A stretch of 54,313 bases of DNA, the filler included, from Asterionella formosa (taxonomy: Eukaryota): the NCBI GenBank assembly GCA_002256025.1. It is 4 parts of 4 records of this genome, joined end to end, with 100 filler letters (N's around TTAATTAATTAA, not from the genome) between each part and the next. Parts side by side here need not be neighbours in the genome. Positions count along the whole stretch, not along the records: positions 1 to 13,516 come from NKIB01006632.1; positions 13,617 to 27,128 come from NKIB01006637.1; 2 more parts are not named here. One strand, written 5' to 3'. A program made the position numbers and the translations under genes. The first letter of the stretch is position 1. Each line of letters starts with the position of its first letter. The notes beneath the pieces are model-generated. The model did not search any database. It was not told the DNA's origin and worked only from the letters and a program-made list of their open reading frames with translations. Below, piece after piece: positions 11,551 through 25,118 of this stretch.

Positions 11551-12398
11551 ACAGGTTACCCGTGTACTCCATTACAAACAACACAAAACGCGACAGTTCA
11601 TACTCCGAGCACCGGTACTTCATGCTGTCCCGAAATTCAAAGCGACTTGTATTTCATACGTACATTTTCCATGGTGATCACAAAAATCAACGAAAGATAA
11701 ATTTCTGTTCTGTACTGGTCCGGAAGTATCTACTGGTAGGCAGTTCTCTCACTATTGAGTTCTGTTACATGGTACCTGGTTCCTGGTACCAGGTACCTGT
11801 TCCACACCCGCCAGTATTTGATATAACCCTATCCCTATATACATCTGTATTGAAGCGGGGGCGCTCACAATAAGGTAGTAGTAGTATACTAATTCTTCGA
11901 GATTGCTCATCTTTCGTCATCAACAATCATATTTCGTCATCAGGAGGCAGGGCTTCGTAAATGTCGCCTGCATATATAAATAATATTCCCAGGCACGACA
12001 GATGAAGACTTTACATACCGCCCTTTATATGCATTATCTATACCGGTAGACCAGTGATACTTGGTTGCCATGATACGTTTGCATGCCGATAAGACTACCG
12101 GTAGTCACGTATGACTACCAGGTACCGGGTATTGATAATCCATCTGGGCGGTTTGTTCTTGCTTTTGAGGTGAACGTATTCTATACTGACCATTGTGGAC
12201 TGTATACACTGTACAGTTCACTGCATGCACTGTACACTGAATGCGTAAGACTAGAACAGCATACTGGTTTACAAGGGTATACAGCTACCATTCACAAAAC
12301 GCGACAGTTCATATTCCGAGTACCAGTACTTCATGCTGTACAGAAATTCAAAGCGACTTCTATTTATTTGTCCACCATCACAAAAATTAACGAAAGAT
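11551..12398 (+). repeat. ~140-bp direct duplication upstream of the AAA ATPase gene (11551-11698 vs 12272-12398)
   Basis: Both copies contain CACAAAACGCGACAGTTCATA(C/T)TCCGAG...TACTTCATGCTGT...GAAATTCAAAGCGACTT...ATCACAAAAAT(C/T)AACGAAAGAT. Confidence 0.8.
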
Positions 12399-12441
12399 CA
12401 CAAGATCAATTAAAAAAATTAACGAAAGATCAATTAATACA

Positions 12442-13516
12442 ATGGAAACCATGACTCCAGAACCCCTTGTTGCGGTTGACGATGACGAGGAGCTGATCTA
12501 TATTAATAATTCGTCATCCGAAGTGATCATGACGACGGGACAAATCGAGAATAAATGGAATGTACTTCCAGAGGACGCGATCATCACGAGGCCATTACGA
12601 AATCAGTCTTCGTTGGAGAACTACGATATGAGTCTCAACCCTTCGAATGTTCATGACTTTGTCGGAAGAGATTTATTACTTTTTCCTCGTATGGCTTCTG
12701 ATGGAACTGTAATCAGCTCGCTTACAATGGGAAATTTCGACAGAGTCAACATTTTTGACAGAAAACTCTCCGTTGCAGAATCTAGGATTTATGGCAGAGA
12801 ACATGAACTCGCCCTATTGGAAAACGCATACCGGCGTATCTGCGATCCAGGGCATGATTCTGAAGTCGTCTTTGTCAAAGGATTTACAGGAACAGGGAAG
12901 AGTGCGTTGGTCGAAAGTCTTCGAAACCCAGTTCAAGTACGAGACGAAGAACCGTACTACGTGTACGGAAAGTTCGATTTGCAGGCGAAGAATGAACCCT
13001 TTTCTGCTCTCGTGAATGCTTTTACGGAAATTTGTGAAGCGATATTGCAATCCGACGAGCTTGACGAAATGAAAGATGCGATCACTGAGGCATTAGGAAA
13101 CGACAGCAAAGGAATGACATCGCTCATCTCAAACCTCTCTATAATAATAAGTGATGGAAACGAAAAGGGCTCCGCGTTTTCGGACCAGGATGTTGTACCT
13201 TACAGTGCTCCAAGCTCAACCCGCTTCCGATTGATCTGCCGTGCCTTTTTAAGGGCTGTTGCAACAGAGAAGCATCCTATAATTTTCGTTTTGGATGACA
13301 TCCATTGGGCAGACACTGCCAGTGTGGATATAATCAAAGCGCTTGTGACGGATACAAGATCGAAGCATGTGCTCATTATTCTAGTATGCAGGAGTGGTGA
13401 AGTCAAAGAAGACTCTCCGGTGGAAACTCTATTGCACTTGGAGAGCAATTGCAAACTGACGGGTGAAAAGTGCTTGGTGTCGACGGGTATTGACCTTGGG
13501 AACTTGCAAATCGATA
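12442..13516 (+). CDS. AAA_16-type P-loop ATPase (bacterial multi-sensor kinase-like family expanded in diatoms), 3'-truncated by gap
   Basis: IYGREHELALL, Walker A GFTGTGKS, GKFDL..EPFSALV.AF, Walker B IIFVLDDIHWAD. Confidence 0.85.
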
Positions 13517-13616
13517 NNNNNNNNNNNNNNNNNNNNNNNNNNNNNNNNNNNNNNNNNNNNTTAATTAATTAANNNNNNNNNNNNNNNNNNNNNNNNNNNN
13601 NNNNNNNNNNNNNNNN

Positions 13617-13841
13617 AGGAAGGGGACACGTCACTTCCAAACTTCTCGAGACCTTTCTTACCATCTCCAGCCACACCCAAATGGCCATCACCTCCATCGA
13701 ATTCATCTCCAAAGTCAGCATATTTGTCCCACTTTGCAGGTCCAAAACGATCAATATCTTCCTTCTTTTGATTGGTAACTTCTTTCTTGGTTCCTTCAAT
13801 GTGAAGGCAGAAACAGTTGTGATTCTCATGATGCCATACAT
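13617..13841 (-). other. Possible 5' fragment of a hypothetical protein, apparently frameshifted, running into a gap
   Basis: MRITTVSAFTL (resembles a plastid-targeting ASAF motif) in one frame; protein-like KWDKYADFGDEFDGGDGHLGVAGDGKKGLEKFG in another. Confidence 0.35.
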
Positions 13842-14914
13842 GTATATTTCGTGTCAAGGAAAAGATTTTTTGTGGATCGCACCACAGGATGAGGCCAGCA
13901 AAGGATTGTTGGTACATTTACCGGTGTGTACTACCATTGTACCGGTACCAGGTACCAGGTCGTTCAATGACAAGACAGCAACATCGCTCAAATTGCGGGA
14001 AAAACTAACTAATTCCCAAATGGGAATCATAATATTTCATTTATATAACTAGTCTAATAGAAATATTTTACTTTTTTTATAATGGTTTTGTCATCCTACG
14101 TCACAGTAGATGGGTGGTTGACAGCATTTAGGATTTCCCAAAAACCGATAGCATCGTTTTTTCGTCAGTTGACCAAAACCAAAACCAATCCAAAAAAAAG
14201 TTTTTGGGTTTTGGTTTGGGTCAACGGTTAGCAACGGCCTCAGGGGCAAGGAAAACACGAACCCCCCGTCCCCCCCCTCACCATTATGCATGATGACCAA
14301 CGCCTAGAACTTCTTCGAAGTTTTCTGTCCTCGCCCGTCGACCGCAAGATCCGCCAGCACATGATCGCTGAATTTCAGGCATGTTAGAAGTTTCTACCTA
14401 AACTATGCTTTTATAATTTCTAAAAATGCTCGAATTCTAGGCATCATGCAAAGCAGATCCTGTGTACCTGTCGGTAGCCGCATTCCTGGCAAGTGTGTAG
14501 TGAGACTACTGCGACATGAACTTGCCAATGTATCAGGGTATGTGCTTCGAACAGGCCAACCACATCAAACAGGATGGTGGTTGAGTATAAGCCATTTCCG
14601 TTCCAGTACAAATACAAGAAAAATACATGCTATAGGAAAGCTGTACCATGACAGGGACGCCTATCCAACCCGACATATTCACTAAAAGAACACCTAGCTG
14701 GGGTACCATCTAATGCAGCATGTTTAGCATGGTACATGCTGTACCATAAGTCATCCTATTCAATTGCTACATAGTCCCTAAGGAACCTCTAGAGTAGAGT
14801 TATTGCATTCATATGTCAAGGAAATCACTTCAAATTGCTCCATCTTCCTGGAGAGTAAAATTGAATAATTGGGCAATAAAAATTCCGCTGCATTGCAACA
14901 GTTCAATCTTGACA

Positions 14915-15667
14915 TCATGCAATCTTTGCCAAAACATATCGCTCCATTTCATCAGGATCTGGCAACAAACACAAAATACGTTCCGCAATAGTAGCCATAT
15001 CATTGTCTATCATCGCAGCCTGTTGATACAATGTGCGTCCAATCTTGAAATCAAAGACCATGCTGTCCAAATACTTGTTGTCATTATCCAAATCAGCATA
15101 CAGTGCATTGTGCTGACATCTCCTTAATGGAACGAAGCCTCTCGCCAACGCCGCCATGTGCGATGCACAGGACCATTCGCTTTCCAATTCTCCACATTGA
15201 ACGACGAAATGCTTAAGGGCTTCTATTGGATCTATATAGCGCTTTAAATGACAAAGAAACAAGTCATCCAAGACTTGAATGGCTCCTTGCAGTTGTAGGT
15301 TTGGCCCACCATTGTTCATGACAGCATCCGCTGTCCATGCATCAGATACATGATTGGGGCGTTCGACCAAAGCGCCCGCACATAGCAAACGATGGTCGGA
15401 AGAGTCAACACCAGATGCCCAGGCTTTGACAGCTTTGTGACATACTTCGCGACGGCCTTCAAGGGCGAGAGTGTGGACGTTGTCGTCACCTACAATACCA
15501 TCGTCGGCATCTTCGACCCACACACGAAGACATTCAAGTGGGATCATGCGAGCTGTATGACGATTTCTATTCAAACTTGAGAGGAATGGATGTAAGGAAG
15601 ATACCATGGTTAGGATCGCAAGCAAACAGCCAAGTTGTTTCTGGATGTTAGTACGAATTCGTGGCAT
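14915..15667 (-). CDS. Hypothetical protein (250 aa) with hydrophobic N-terminus
   Basis: Long uninterrupted ORF in more GC-rich sequence with protein-like composition; no motif recognised. Confidence 0.7.
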   Translation of the reverse strand: MPRIRTNIQKQLGCLLAILTMVSSLHPFLSSLNRNRHTARMIPLECLRVWVEDADDGIVGDDNVHTLALEGRREVCHKAVKAWASGVDSSDHRLLCAGALVERPNHVSDAWTADAVMNNGGPNLQLQGAIQVLDDLFLCHLKRYIDPIEALKHFVVQCGELESEWSCASHMAALARGFVPLRRCQHNALYADLDNDNKYLDSMVFDFKIGRTLYQQAAMIDNDMATIAERILCLLPDPDEMERYVLAKIA

Positions 15668-16907
15668 GCTTTTCTTCGCACTTTGAGGGTATGACTTGAT
15701 CGCAACGCTTGACTTCTATAGTTTCATGTACACCGCTCAATTCTGTCGTTACTGCGGTAGGCTTATCCATGCACTGTTAAGATGCTCGTCTATTAAATTG
15801 AGTACCGCTAGATAACATAATGAAGTACGAAATAATAAGGAGAAGGAAAATGAATGTTAAAATCGAAATTGTCGCCAAGGAATCTTGGACATGAGAATAG
15901 ATTCTCAACAGGTTACGACCGCTATGTAAGGTTTACAGGCATGCATCCTGTTCGTTAGATTCTCAACATCCAACCACGAAGAAAGAATGATAAATACTAC
16001 TCACTCTGTTAATTATTACTATGCGCGCAGCCAATCATGGGTGCACAAACAATCGACACGACAACCAGTCAGACGTGCGATGTATCGTACCGGTAGGACC
16101 GGTATATATGATGTAAGTACCTTGTACTTACCAGCGTACCGTTATTTGGGGTCGTGAAAAATAAGCAGCAACAAACTTTGGGGTACTGGTACTGGTACCA
16201 GGTATTTACTCCGAGTATGGACCAAGGGTACCCCCAGGTACCAGTAGCGATCAAATCAGTCGTGAGCGCCGCGTCACGGTTCGTATGAAAACTTGCGTCT
16301 ACCGGTTTACGTGGTTCTTACAAGCAAAAGTTGGAGCATAGTACAGAGCTGCCTACTGGTCCAAATATACCAGGAAGGTCCGGTGTAGCACATTTGGTCC
16401 TTAAGAGAAAACTGAGCTAAATCTCTCGATTACACGACCTTCTAGGTACCCTGAGGGTGGTACCTGGTACCTGTAAGTAGCGGTCATTTGGCCGAAAATG
16501 GAACGCGGCGCCGGCAAGCACTCATATTCGACTCCCCGGTAATATTACTTAGACAATATAAAAAATGCTAACGGTTTTGCGCTGGCCAATAAATTTCATT
16601 ATTATCAAAATATAATTTTTAGAATCATTATCTGAAAAAACCAGTTTCCGAACCTTGCTGCGATTAGGGGGTTTTGGATTTGGGTTTTTTCTCCCCAACG
16701 CAATTTTGAGTTTCAAGACTCCTTATTCCAGAAATCTCCTACTTTAAATGCATTTTTCTACTGGTATGAATGTACTGAAGTCCAAACAGTGGTTGTGGTA
16801 AATATCGGAATGCATCATACATAAGAGTACGACGTAAGATGGTACATACATCTTGCATTCCTGTATGCATACCGGCATCAACTACCGATTCATAATGGTA
16901 CCAGGTA

Positions 16908-19070
16908 CCAGTTAAAAATGGCTTTGAGCCAGTTCAAATGGCTTTGAGCCAGTTCGAATGGCTTTGAGTCAGTTCGAATGGCTTTGAGTCACTTAACGAT
17001 AAAATATTCACTATGTATACATACGTAGAATTTTTCTAATTTTCAAGCTATGACAATATTTAGTACGACAAAGCTGTTCCTGATGTTGCGCCGGATACAA
17101 CATATCTAGTTGTTGATTATGTCTTGTGTTTTAGATAATCAGATAAATGTGTCAGAAAGTAGCGATCGGCCCAAAAAAGGCAAAAAAATATTATACCATT
17201 GAGCCGGCATCTCCCGGAAATACATATACTCATTTGTGGACAAAACTTAATATCTAATCTATATATAGTTGCGTTTAACCGCCATGGACCATGTACAATA
17301 GCAATAAATGAGTAAGTTAGTCACTCTTAGTAAATGGAAGCAATATTTCTTGAAGGCCAAGAAATGGAGCCATATTTTCATGTCAGAGACCGCAATTCAC
17401 AGCAGAAATTGCTTCCGACACACCAAAAATTGAGGCGAATCGCAGTCATCTCATTAACAATGATGAAACCTATGACAGTAAGAAAACAGCCTCAACCCCC
17501 CAAAAGTACAAGGTGATACCCATTTCTTTGGATAATACAGAGTAGCATCACTTATTTCAAAAAAATAGTTTTGGAATTAGAAACTTGAAAGGCAAATAAC
17601 AATGGCAAACTACTACTAGCTATATGGTGCAATATCGAATATTGTTGCATCGAAGGCGGTTACACTGACTTGGCAAACAAAACTTATAGTCCAGTACCAT
17701 TTGTAGAAGCTGAATCAGGCGGGAAAAACAACTAATTCACTAGTGCAATTATATGCAACTATGACAATAAATGATTCACAGTCGTTGGCAGGACATAGCT
17801 CATCAATTTCTTACCTGACTATAAATTCAAGTTTAAAGAGCCAACTCACGAAATGCATGAGAGACATACTCACCCAAAAGGACAGGCACCATGCTGCATT
17901 TGCTGTTGAAAAGGAAGATATTGTTGACCTGGTGTCGAAAGCATGGGATGAATTGCCTCCTTCACCCATATCGCTACAAACCAGAAAGCTGTTGCAGAAA
18001 AGGGTTGGGGTTCATTGAACTACAACTTGTTACTCCATCCGCAAATTCAACTGACAAGTACCTCAAATCTGCAAACAGAAGCAAACAATAATCAACCCGC
18101 CTCTTCCATTCCCCCATCCAGACTAAACTTGAGCCAAGGCATCACTGCAACCCTTGTTGATCAGGTTGTACAGTACCGCAATCGTGAGGACGCTAGAAAC
18201 GGAATAAATCTGGACAAACTTGCTTGCCTGCCAACAAAAAGAAACAGTACTAATGGCGATTGCAAGCAATAAACCATACACATCTGGTCTTCATGTCGTC
18301 GCTGCAGGCAGTTACTTGTTGGGTCCGGAAGTGGTCGATGACCAGCTAAAAAGGAAGAGGTGTGCAAAAGAAGTGCAGAGTGAGCGAGAGAATCGGAAAA
18401 TAGATGCACACATGGCGCTTACAAACAAGGTTTATGCAATCAGATTGCTTAACAAACAGTCAGCTGATTGGACAGTAGCACAAACGAAAACAATGGCAAC
18501 ATGGTTCAAGCGAGCAGGCAATCTTCCATTGCCAACGACGAAACGGCTACTACTTACTAGATTCCATGACACCATGATGCTTGGCGATGCTGCAGCACCA
18601 GTTGCAACTGCTGTAACGGCGCCACTTCCTCAGCACCCTTTGGTCGCTCCTATTACACAACAAGATATGATGGGAGGACCACAATTCTAAAGAATGATTC
18701 AACAACTACTGCGAAAAAATACGAGGAGATAGAACCAACAAAAACACCATCAGTCTAAAAACGGTGCAACAACTTCCAAAAAACATGCAAATGATATATT
18801 ATTTTCTAACCATTGCCTATAAAAAAAACTACATGTATGGAAAATTTTTAATCAATGGCTTTGAGCCCCTTCGACCGTTTTTGCCACTTTAAAATGGATA
18901 GATCTCAGTTAAAATATGTTCAAGTAAAGAAATGATCTAATTCTCATGTAGCTTAATGAACTAATTAATATCGCCGTGCCAAAGGGCGGAAGAGGGGATC
19001 GATTTTAGCATACTTCTAGAATTAGTCGGAAAACGATGTAATAACGTGGCTCAAAGCCATTTATAACTGG
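16908..19070 (+). mobile_element. Tc1/mariner-superfamily (pogo-like) element, 2163 bp, internally deleted
   Basis: TA|CCAGTTAAAAATGGCTTTGAGCCA ... TGGCTCAAAGCCATTTATAACTGG|TA (24-bp TIR, 1 mismatch, TA TSD). Four 20-bp subterminal repeats AATGGCTTTGAG at 16918-16991 and another at ~18854. Confidence 0.88.
17830..18690 (+). pseudogene. Frameshifted C-terminal part of a pogo-like transposase
   Basis: DIVDLVSKAW / NQKAVAEKGWGSLNYNLLLHPQI / WTVAQTKTMATWFKR..LPLPTTK in shifting frames; no DDE core found. Confidence 0.6.
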
Positions 19071-20558
19071 TACCACCCTGGTACAATTGACTTCATGTCA
19101 GTACCGGTATATGGTTGTTAGTAAATAGGCTACAAGTATGTATGTTCTTGGAACATGATGATTGCCGGTTTGGCAGTCTACCAGTAGTAACATCATGACG
19201 ATGATGATACGCCTAGTATTGTAAACAGATAAATCACGAATTATAAACCAATTGTTGTTTTCAGCTTCTGATATTATAGAATATGTCTACTTGATGTACG
19301 GCGGTTATATATGAACTACTTGGGTTTTGATTCGGCAAGAAATCATGGAGATATTGTCGTTGCAGTCGAATTCCATGTTGCTTCCGCCGATTTTCTATTT
19401 TAGCTATATCGCAATGAATATAAAAGCTACAAGTTCGTTTCTTCAACTACTTGCTAGCGACACGTGTATTCTTCCTAAGAAACTAATAAAAGTGTTAAGC
19501 AGTTGTACAAAATCGAAAATTAACAATCATTTTATCATGGTAATGGGAAATTTCTTATGTTTGATTCATGAGCGATTGTATAATTCTTCTACCGGTACCT
19601 GGTACCCGGTGTGTAGGCAGAGAGCTGGCGGGTTCGATTACCGGTATCATGTTCTTTGGTCCCTCTCCTGTGCGCGGATCTGACCCCGACGGAATCTAGC
19701 TCTCCGGTAAACCCCCCCAATTTTTTCGGATTGGGGTTTTTTCGATTGGGGGAATCAGTTTGACCATAAAATAGTTCCTGCCAAATCAAATTCTAGCATA
19801 ATAGTATTCAAAACGATCATGCCACGAATGAAAGATAACCGTTTTCCGAGCTAGCCAGATTATGTAGTTTATTACTGGATCTCCAGGTATTTTATATCCG
19901 AGATGTCAAAATCGTCATTTCGGCAATTTTACCGCAACTTGCTGGTACATAGACATACCGCTGATATTTCTTGATTGTTGCTTCGCAAGTATCCAACATT
20001 CTTGCTTTCACGAAATGATACACATGTATTAAAAATGGGGAACCAAATTTTAGAATTATTTTAAAATCGGGACCCAATTTTTAATACTGACCACAGCAAT
20101 CACGCGTGATTGTTTTGTAGACAATGGGTTTATTCCTCACGTCATGTAAATGAGCGAACAGATGATGTTTGACCGAAAGTCTGAGTTGAGACTATGTAGT
20201 GGTGGCCGAAGGCTAACTCCGGGTAGACTGTTAATTAAGAAAATTTCTGAGTTTCTTCTCTCATCAGTTTAGGTGAATGAAGTTTCTTTGTCACATTCAG
20301 TGAATATAGGTGATCATGGTTTTGAATAGTCCGTGATGATGGGCCCTATAGGTTTGATTTTATTGTTTCATCTAAATCTATAACAGTATAGTAGTTTGTT
20401 TGCGAAGAGATTTTAGTCTGACATTTCCTCGTATAAGTGTAGCTTCATCAAACAAAATTCTTGGTCATCAATCAGTGTTCAGTTGATTACATCGGTTAAA
20501 TTGCAGCCAAAGGCTGACGCAAAAGTATTGATGCAAATATTGAAGTTTGTTATTCGTC

Positions 20559-21213
20559 CTATTTCTCTGCTGTTGAAGCCCTTTGTTGCTTGCGTGATGC
20601 ATGTCGACCTTGATATCGTTCCAAATTAGCCAACGAAGTGACATGCTTCTCCATGCCGTCCCGATAGAACGAAGCGGCCTTGGTCCAATAACGCTTCCGC
20701 AGATTCTCCGCCGCATTGTCTCCTTCAACCGCAAGTCGATGTCGTGCAAAGAACCCGCGGAGTTGTTCATTGCCGCCTTCCAGCATCTTTAGAATCTGTT
20801 CGTGCGACCAGTGATCTAGTGTAACGGACCGAACTTTGGAATACTGAGAATGATGAGCAGGGGGAAACAAACGAGTGCATTGTTAGCAATGAAAATGATA
20901 CCTTTTACTCTTCCAAAGATGCAGTAATGCAGCTTACCCGTACTCCAAGTGATCGATGTCGACCGCAACAGAGCATGCAAATGAGTGTGCCATAACTTAC
21001 GGAAGCCCAATCGGGATTCTTCGAGCCACAGTCAATGCAGAACTGGTTCCCGGGCAGAGACTTCATCAATTGAAAGCATGCTTGCGGAAAGGGATGCAAG
21101 CCATTTGAAGGCGATGATGACGACGCTTTCAAACTTCCGAGTTCACACGCGGCTCGTTCCAGAAGGGAGTCTTCGCAACTTTCATCTTCATTACCGGAAA
21201 TAAGAGGAGGCAT
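20559..21213 (-). CDS. ArfGAP-domain protein (186 aa); exons 21213-20938 and 20843-20559
   Basis: [57 protein letters not shown]; CxxC-x16-CxxC-x4-R; phase-0 intron GTAAGC...CAG. Confidence 0.93.
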
Positions 21214-22049
21214 GATATGATTACAATAAACTCGTGCGTAGCTTGTTTGCTTGGATGTTCAGCTGATGGTCGTGAATATTTTTATGAGAGCAATCAGGCG
21301 AAAGGAGACTCAACGAACGTGCAATGAAGAATGCGGGAACAATACCTTCAAGCAATAAACAAAACAAAAAATGTGCGATTATGTTAGTCGGAGTACATTA
21401 CCGGTACCGGTACCCGGAATGCTCCCAAATGAGCACCATGCTTCCGTTCAGCCGTGTCAATCTTTCCATTCCACGGAGGAGCAGGTAGGAATTCAGTCGG
21501 CTACAGGAACAGTGGTCACAAAACAGCAGCCACCACGCATGCCGGTGGTGGTGATTTTACCAATACCAGGTATCTTGTACTATCAGCGGTACGCATCAGT
21601 TACCCTGGAGACTGCTTGTACACCTGGTACGTGGTACCTGGTACCTGGTACACAAATGTACCAATCACGATACTGGTATTTCGTTTGCGGCGTGTTATTG
21701 TGCACTTCGGTATCGCATACTCACAGCGATGATTGCTGAGGCAGACTGCTGGCAAAAAGGTACCTGGTACCTGCACCAGGACCAGTAGTAGGCCAAAGTT
21801 GACCGATCATAAAATACGAACAAAACGGCGATCGCTGGCAGGCACGTTCGTGCGCTGTCGTACCAGGTACCGCTAAGTATCACTACGACTGGCACATCAT
21901 GTGTTTACTCCGACATGTCATCAGCATCTATCAGAATTTCAGATCAGCGATCACCAAAACATGTGATGAGTGCATAATAACGTACCATAGTAGGACTACC
22001 GGCACTGTCTAATTAATATTACTTTAACGAATACCGGGTATATTGCTTA

Positions 22050-22097
22050 TTGCTTGCTTGTTTGTTTGTTTGTTTGTTTGTTTGTTTGGTTGTTTGA
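22050..22097 (+). repeat. (TTGC)n/(TTTG)n microsatellite
   Basis: TTGCTTGCTTGTTTGTTTGTTTGTTTG... Confidence 0.85.
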
Positions 22098-24169
22098 TAC
22101 TCTCTTTATATAATAAGGATGTTACGACATATTACCCGGGAGCTGGTACCTGGTACCTGGTACCAGTACTGTACATAAAGACAGTAGAGTATGGAGACAA
22201 ACCAGTATAAGTAAATTTTGAATAGTACCGTAAAACCTGGTGTCTCGTATCCCCCCAGATACCTGTACCCCCCTTGGTACATCTGGCACAACACCCCCAA
22301 ATATTTCATGTCTACAGAAAAAATAACAGCATATTATTGTATTCTAGCTATTTATTAATGAATTTACTATAATTGTATTCTTACCGGTCACCATCATGAA
22401 ACAGCAATCAACAACAACACGAGTGATGCCAATGACATTTGCGATGGCGATATCCTTGTCCTGAGATCTATTTCAAAAGTCGAAGCTGCAACTTGCATGC
22501 TTGTTGTGGAGCGATTATCAAGCTGAATGCTAAAGGCTCAGGCAGTTCTGGCCTTGATGTTGTCGGCTTGCCGGAAGTGTTCACAGAATCATTTCGTCTG
22601 CTGCCTCATGATGCAGAAATATTTCGTGCATGTCATGATTCTGGTCGAATAATCATATAAGTGATGTGGTTGGCTTATATTAATTTCCATCACGATCCAA
22701 GTCGTAGAGTCTACACAAGTTAATACAGTTGTAGGATTAGGTACAAATGCGTACACACACTTGGAATTACTATTGATGCCAGCACAAAAATCGTGCGCAC
22801 CGCTGCACCAAAAATAGAAATTCTTTTGATCATAGAAACTGTTTGAACCTACAACAACAAAAAAAAACCTAAACGTAATGCGTTTGGGTAACTTATTGGG
22901 ATATGGGCACGGAATCCCCTAAACGTAATGCGTTTGCGTTGAGTTTTTCCCTCCCATTAGCATCGTTTTTTAGGGTTATCGAAACCAAAACACTGTTTGG
23001 TTTGCGTTTTGGTCCACCGTTAGCAACGGTCTTTATATATTAGATGTCTATAAAAGTGTTGCCCTGCAGGCTTATTTTCGGTTATCTTGTCAGTGACAAC
23101 GGAAATGATACCCGCGTGAAAATGTCAGTATCACTGATACCGTTTTTGGAGGGGGCAAAGTTTAGCACAAACCATGCATGGTTATTTTTAGTACCAGTAC
23201 CACGTACGTATGTAGGCCAGATGACTACCGGTAGAATATCCGTTAATGTTGCTATTTACGTTTTAGACTACGGAGAAAACGGTGGTGAAGTTGGTTTGCT
23301 CGCAGTGTTGGATTATCAAAAAAGGTCCAATGTCTTGTACTCCCCTCTAAGTAAAATCAGTCGTGGCTGTGTACATTGAGGGGTACGAGAGACCAGGTTT
23401 TACGGGTACCCAGGTACGACCAGATTAGAAAATACTGCAATCTGAACAATGTGTACATAACACTACTGGGTTGGACGTACCGCTTCAAGTACATACTTCG
23501 TGCTTGGCTGGATGGAAAAGGCAGCCGTACCGAGGCGAAGATGCATCGCAGCCAGCGAAGCGAGCAAAAAAACAGTTGGAATAATTCTCATACTTCCTTG
23601 CTCTTCAAAATTGAAGTTGAATTGTGACTGCTAGCCAATAATAAATAATACTCCGTATATTCAAAATCAAATCCTTGAGAACCCACTCTGAATCCATTTA
23701 TTTGAGAACCCTGCTACCCTCCTAATCAATCATCATACATACAAGGTATATCCGTGCTCATACTTTCAATACTGGTATCATCATTTCACGTACAGTAAAA
23801 AATCTGGTTCTCCACCCTCTGCCATGGGGTCTGTGTCGCTCTTCATACGAGCGAGATGACTATTGTACCAGTACATATGCTTACCATATATTTAGACTAC
23901 TACCTGGTGGGTACCTGGTACCTGGTGACCAAGTGAGCTCCATAACGGTATCACACTCTATATGGCTATCATAAAGGGTTGTGACATAAATAAATGTCAG
24001 CACTCGATAAAAATATCTAAATATATTTATACAATTACAAATTGTTATAAATGTATACATGGCTAACACATTTGAAATCATGTTTAAAGGTTCCTTGTCA
24101 ACATGCATGCCGGTGCACATCCTGAATTGATGGCTCTGCTGTAGGTATTGCTGATGCTGCTGGTGTCCT

Positions 24170-24625
24170 ATCTTTGTTACATTCATTGGTATATTGCCCC
24201 TCTTCTTTCATTTATTGCACATGATGGTAGCTTTCCATTTACACCTCAACTTTTCTCTACTGTTGAGCAACATTGAATCTCCTCCATTGTTATTGTTGAA
24301 TGACACCTTGTGATTTAATGGGCCCCCTTCACAAATAGCAAGTTGGCGATCCGGTTTCCAATTAGTTGATAGGTGTTAGGCAGCTGATACAGTGGTTGGG
24401 TATTTATTTCGCCTTTAAGTAATCATTTTCCATATTCTCAAAAAGTTTTCCATATCAAATGTGATCAGCACCAAGTAGGAATGCCATCGCCATTGATAAA
24501 TCCTTTATCTCTTTGTTTAGATCAATCAACTCTGCTTCAGAAACATTGGCTTTGTTTTCCTTACCCAGAATCGCCTTTTTAACTCCAACGTCTTTGCCAA
24601 TGCTTCCACCACTACAAGCTATGAA
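24170..24625 (-). mobile_element. Decayed Ty1/copia (diatom CoDi-like) gag fragment
   Basis: Minus strand reads GGSIG...MAMAFLLGADHI*YGKLL/MENDYLK../YPTTVSAA*HLSTNWK, then a broken Zn knuckle (CNK*KK.G.YTNEC). Confidence 0.7.
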
Positions 24626-25118
24626 GCTCAGCGTGGCACAACATCGGCGGAAACTGATTGTCGATTTTGGTTTTATGCCCAGTTATCTCGACGAATCTGC
24701 AAGGCTAAAAATTGGGCATTCTAAATCTTTTTTTTGGTGCAACATCACAGCAAACAGATGCTAAAGAAAGAGGGACAGTTCATGGCAAATGAATGACAAG
24801 ATATTTCAGATCCACCATCATGTGTACGCGCAAGTACTGCGGTTGCGTGACGCAAATTTTGGAAAATTTCTAACTTCCACTGATTAATTTTGATTATTAT
24901 TTTCAATGAGGATGTTGAGAACAAGTTTTAAATGCATCAGAAGTGTTAGCAATATTATAGCATTAATTTAGAATATAACTCTAGTCTCGGAATGATGAGG
25001 GCTTTGGGGAGTTCATGACATTTCCCTCACGACTTACGAAGGCAGCGGGCTGGGGAACGATGAACAACTTGCTCCTCCACGTGGTTTCTTCAAGTTAATC
25101 GTCGCCGTATTGGTCTTG

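Noticed and set aside
13561..13572. TTAATTAATTAA inside N runs (also 27173-27184 and 40766-40777)
   Set aside because: Identical six-frame-stop linker flanked by fixed-length Ns: a scaffolding artefact. Adjacency across these joins is not guaranteed.
20240..20275. Minus-strand CTGATGA...GAAA as a hammerhead ribozyme; nearby GTGATGA...CTGA (20333-20421) as a C/D snoRNA
   Set aside because: Extra base before GAAA and no convincing stems I/III; no terminal stem or recognisable rRNA guide for the snoRNA.
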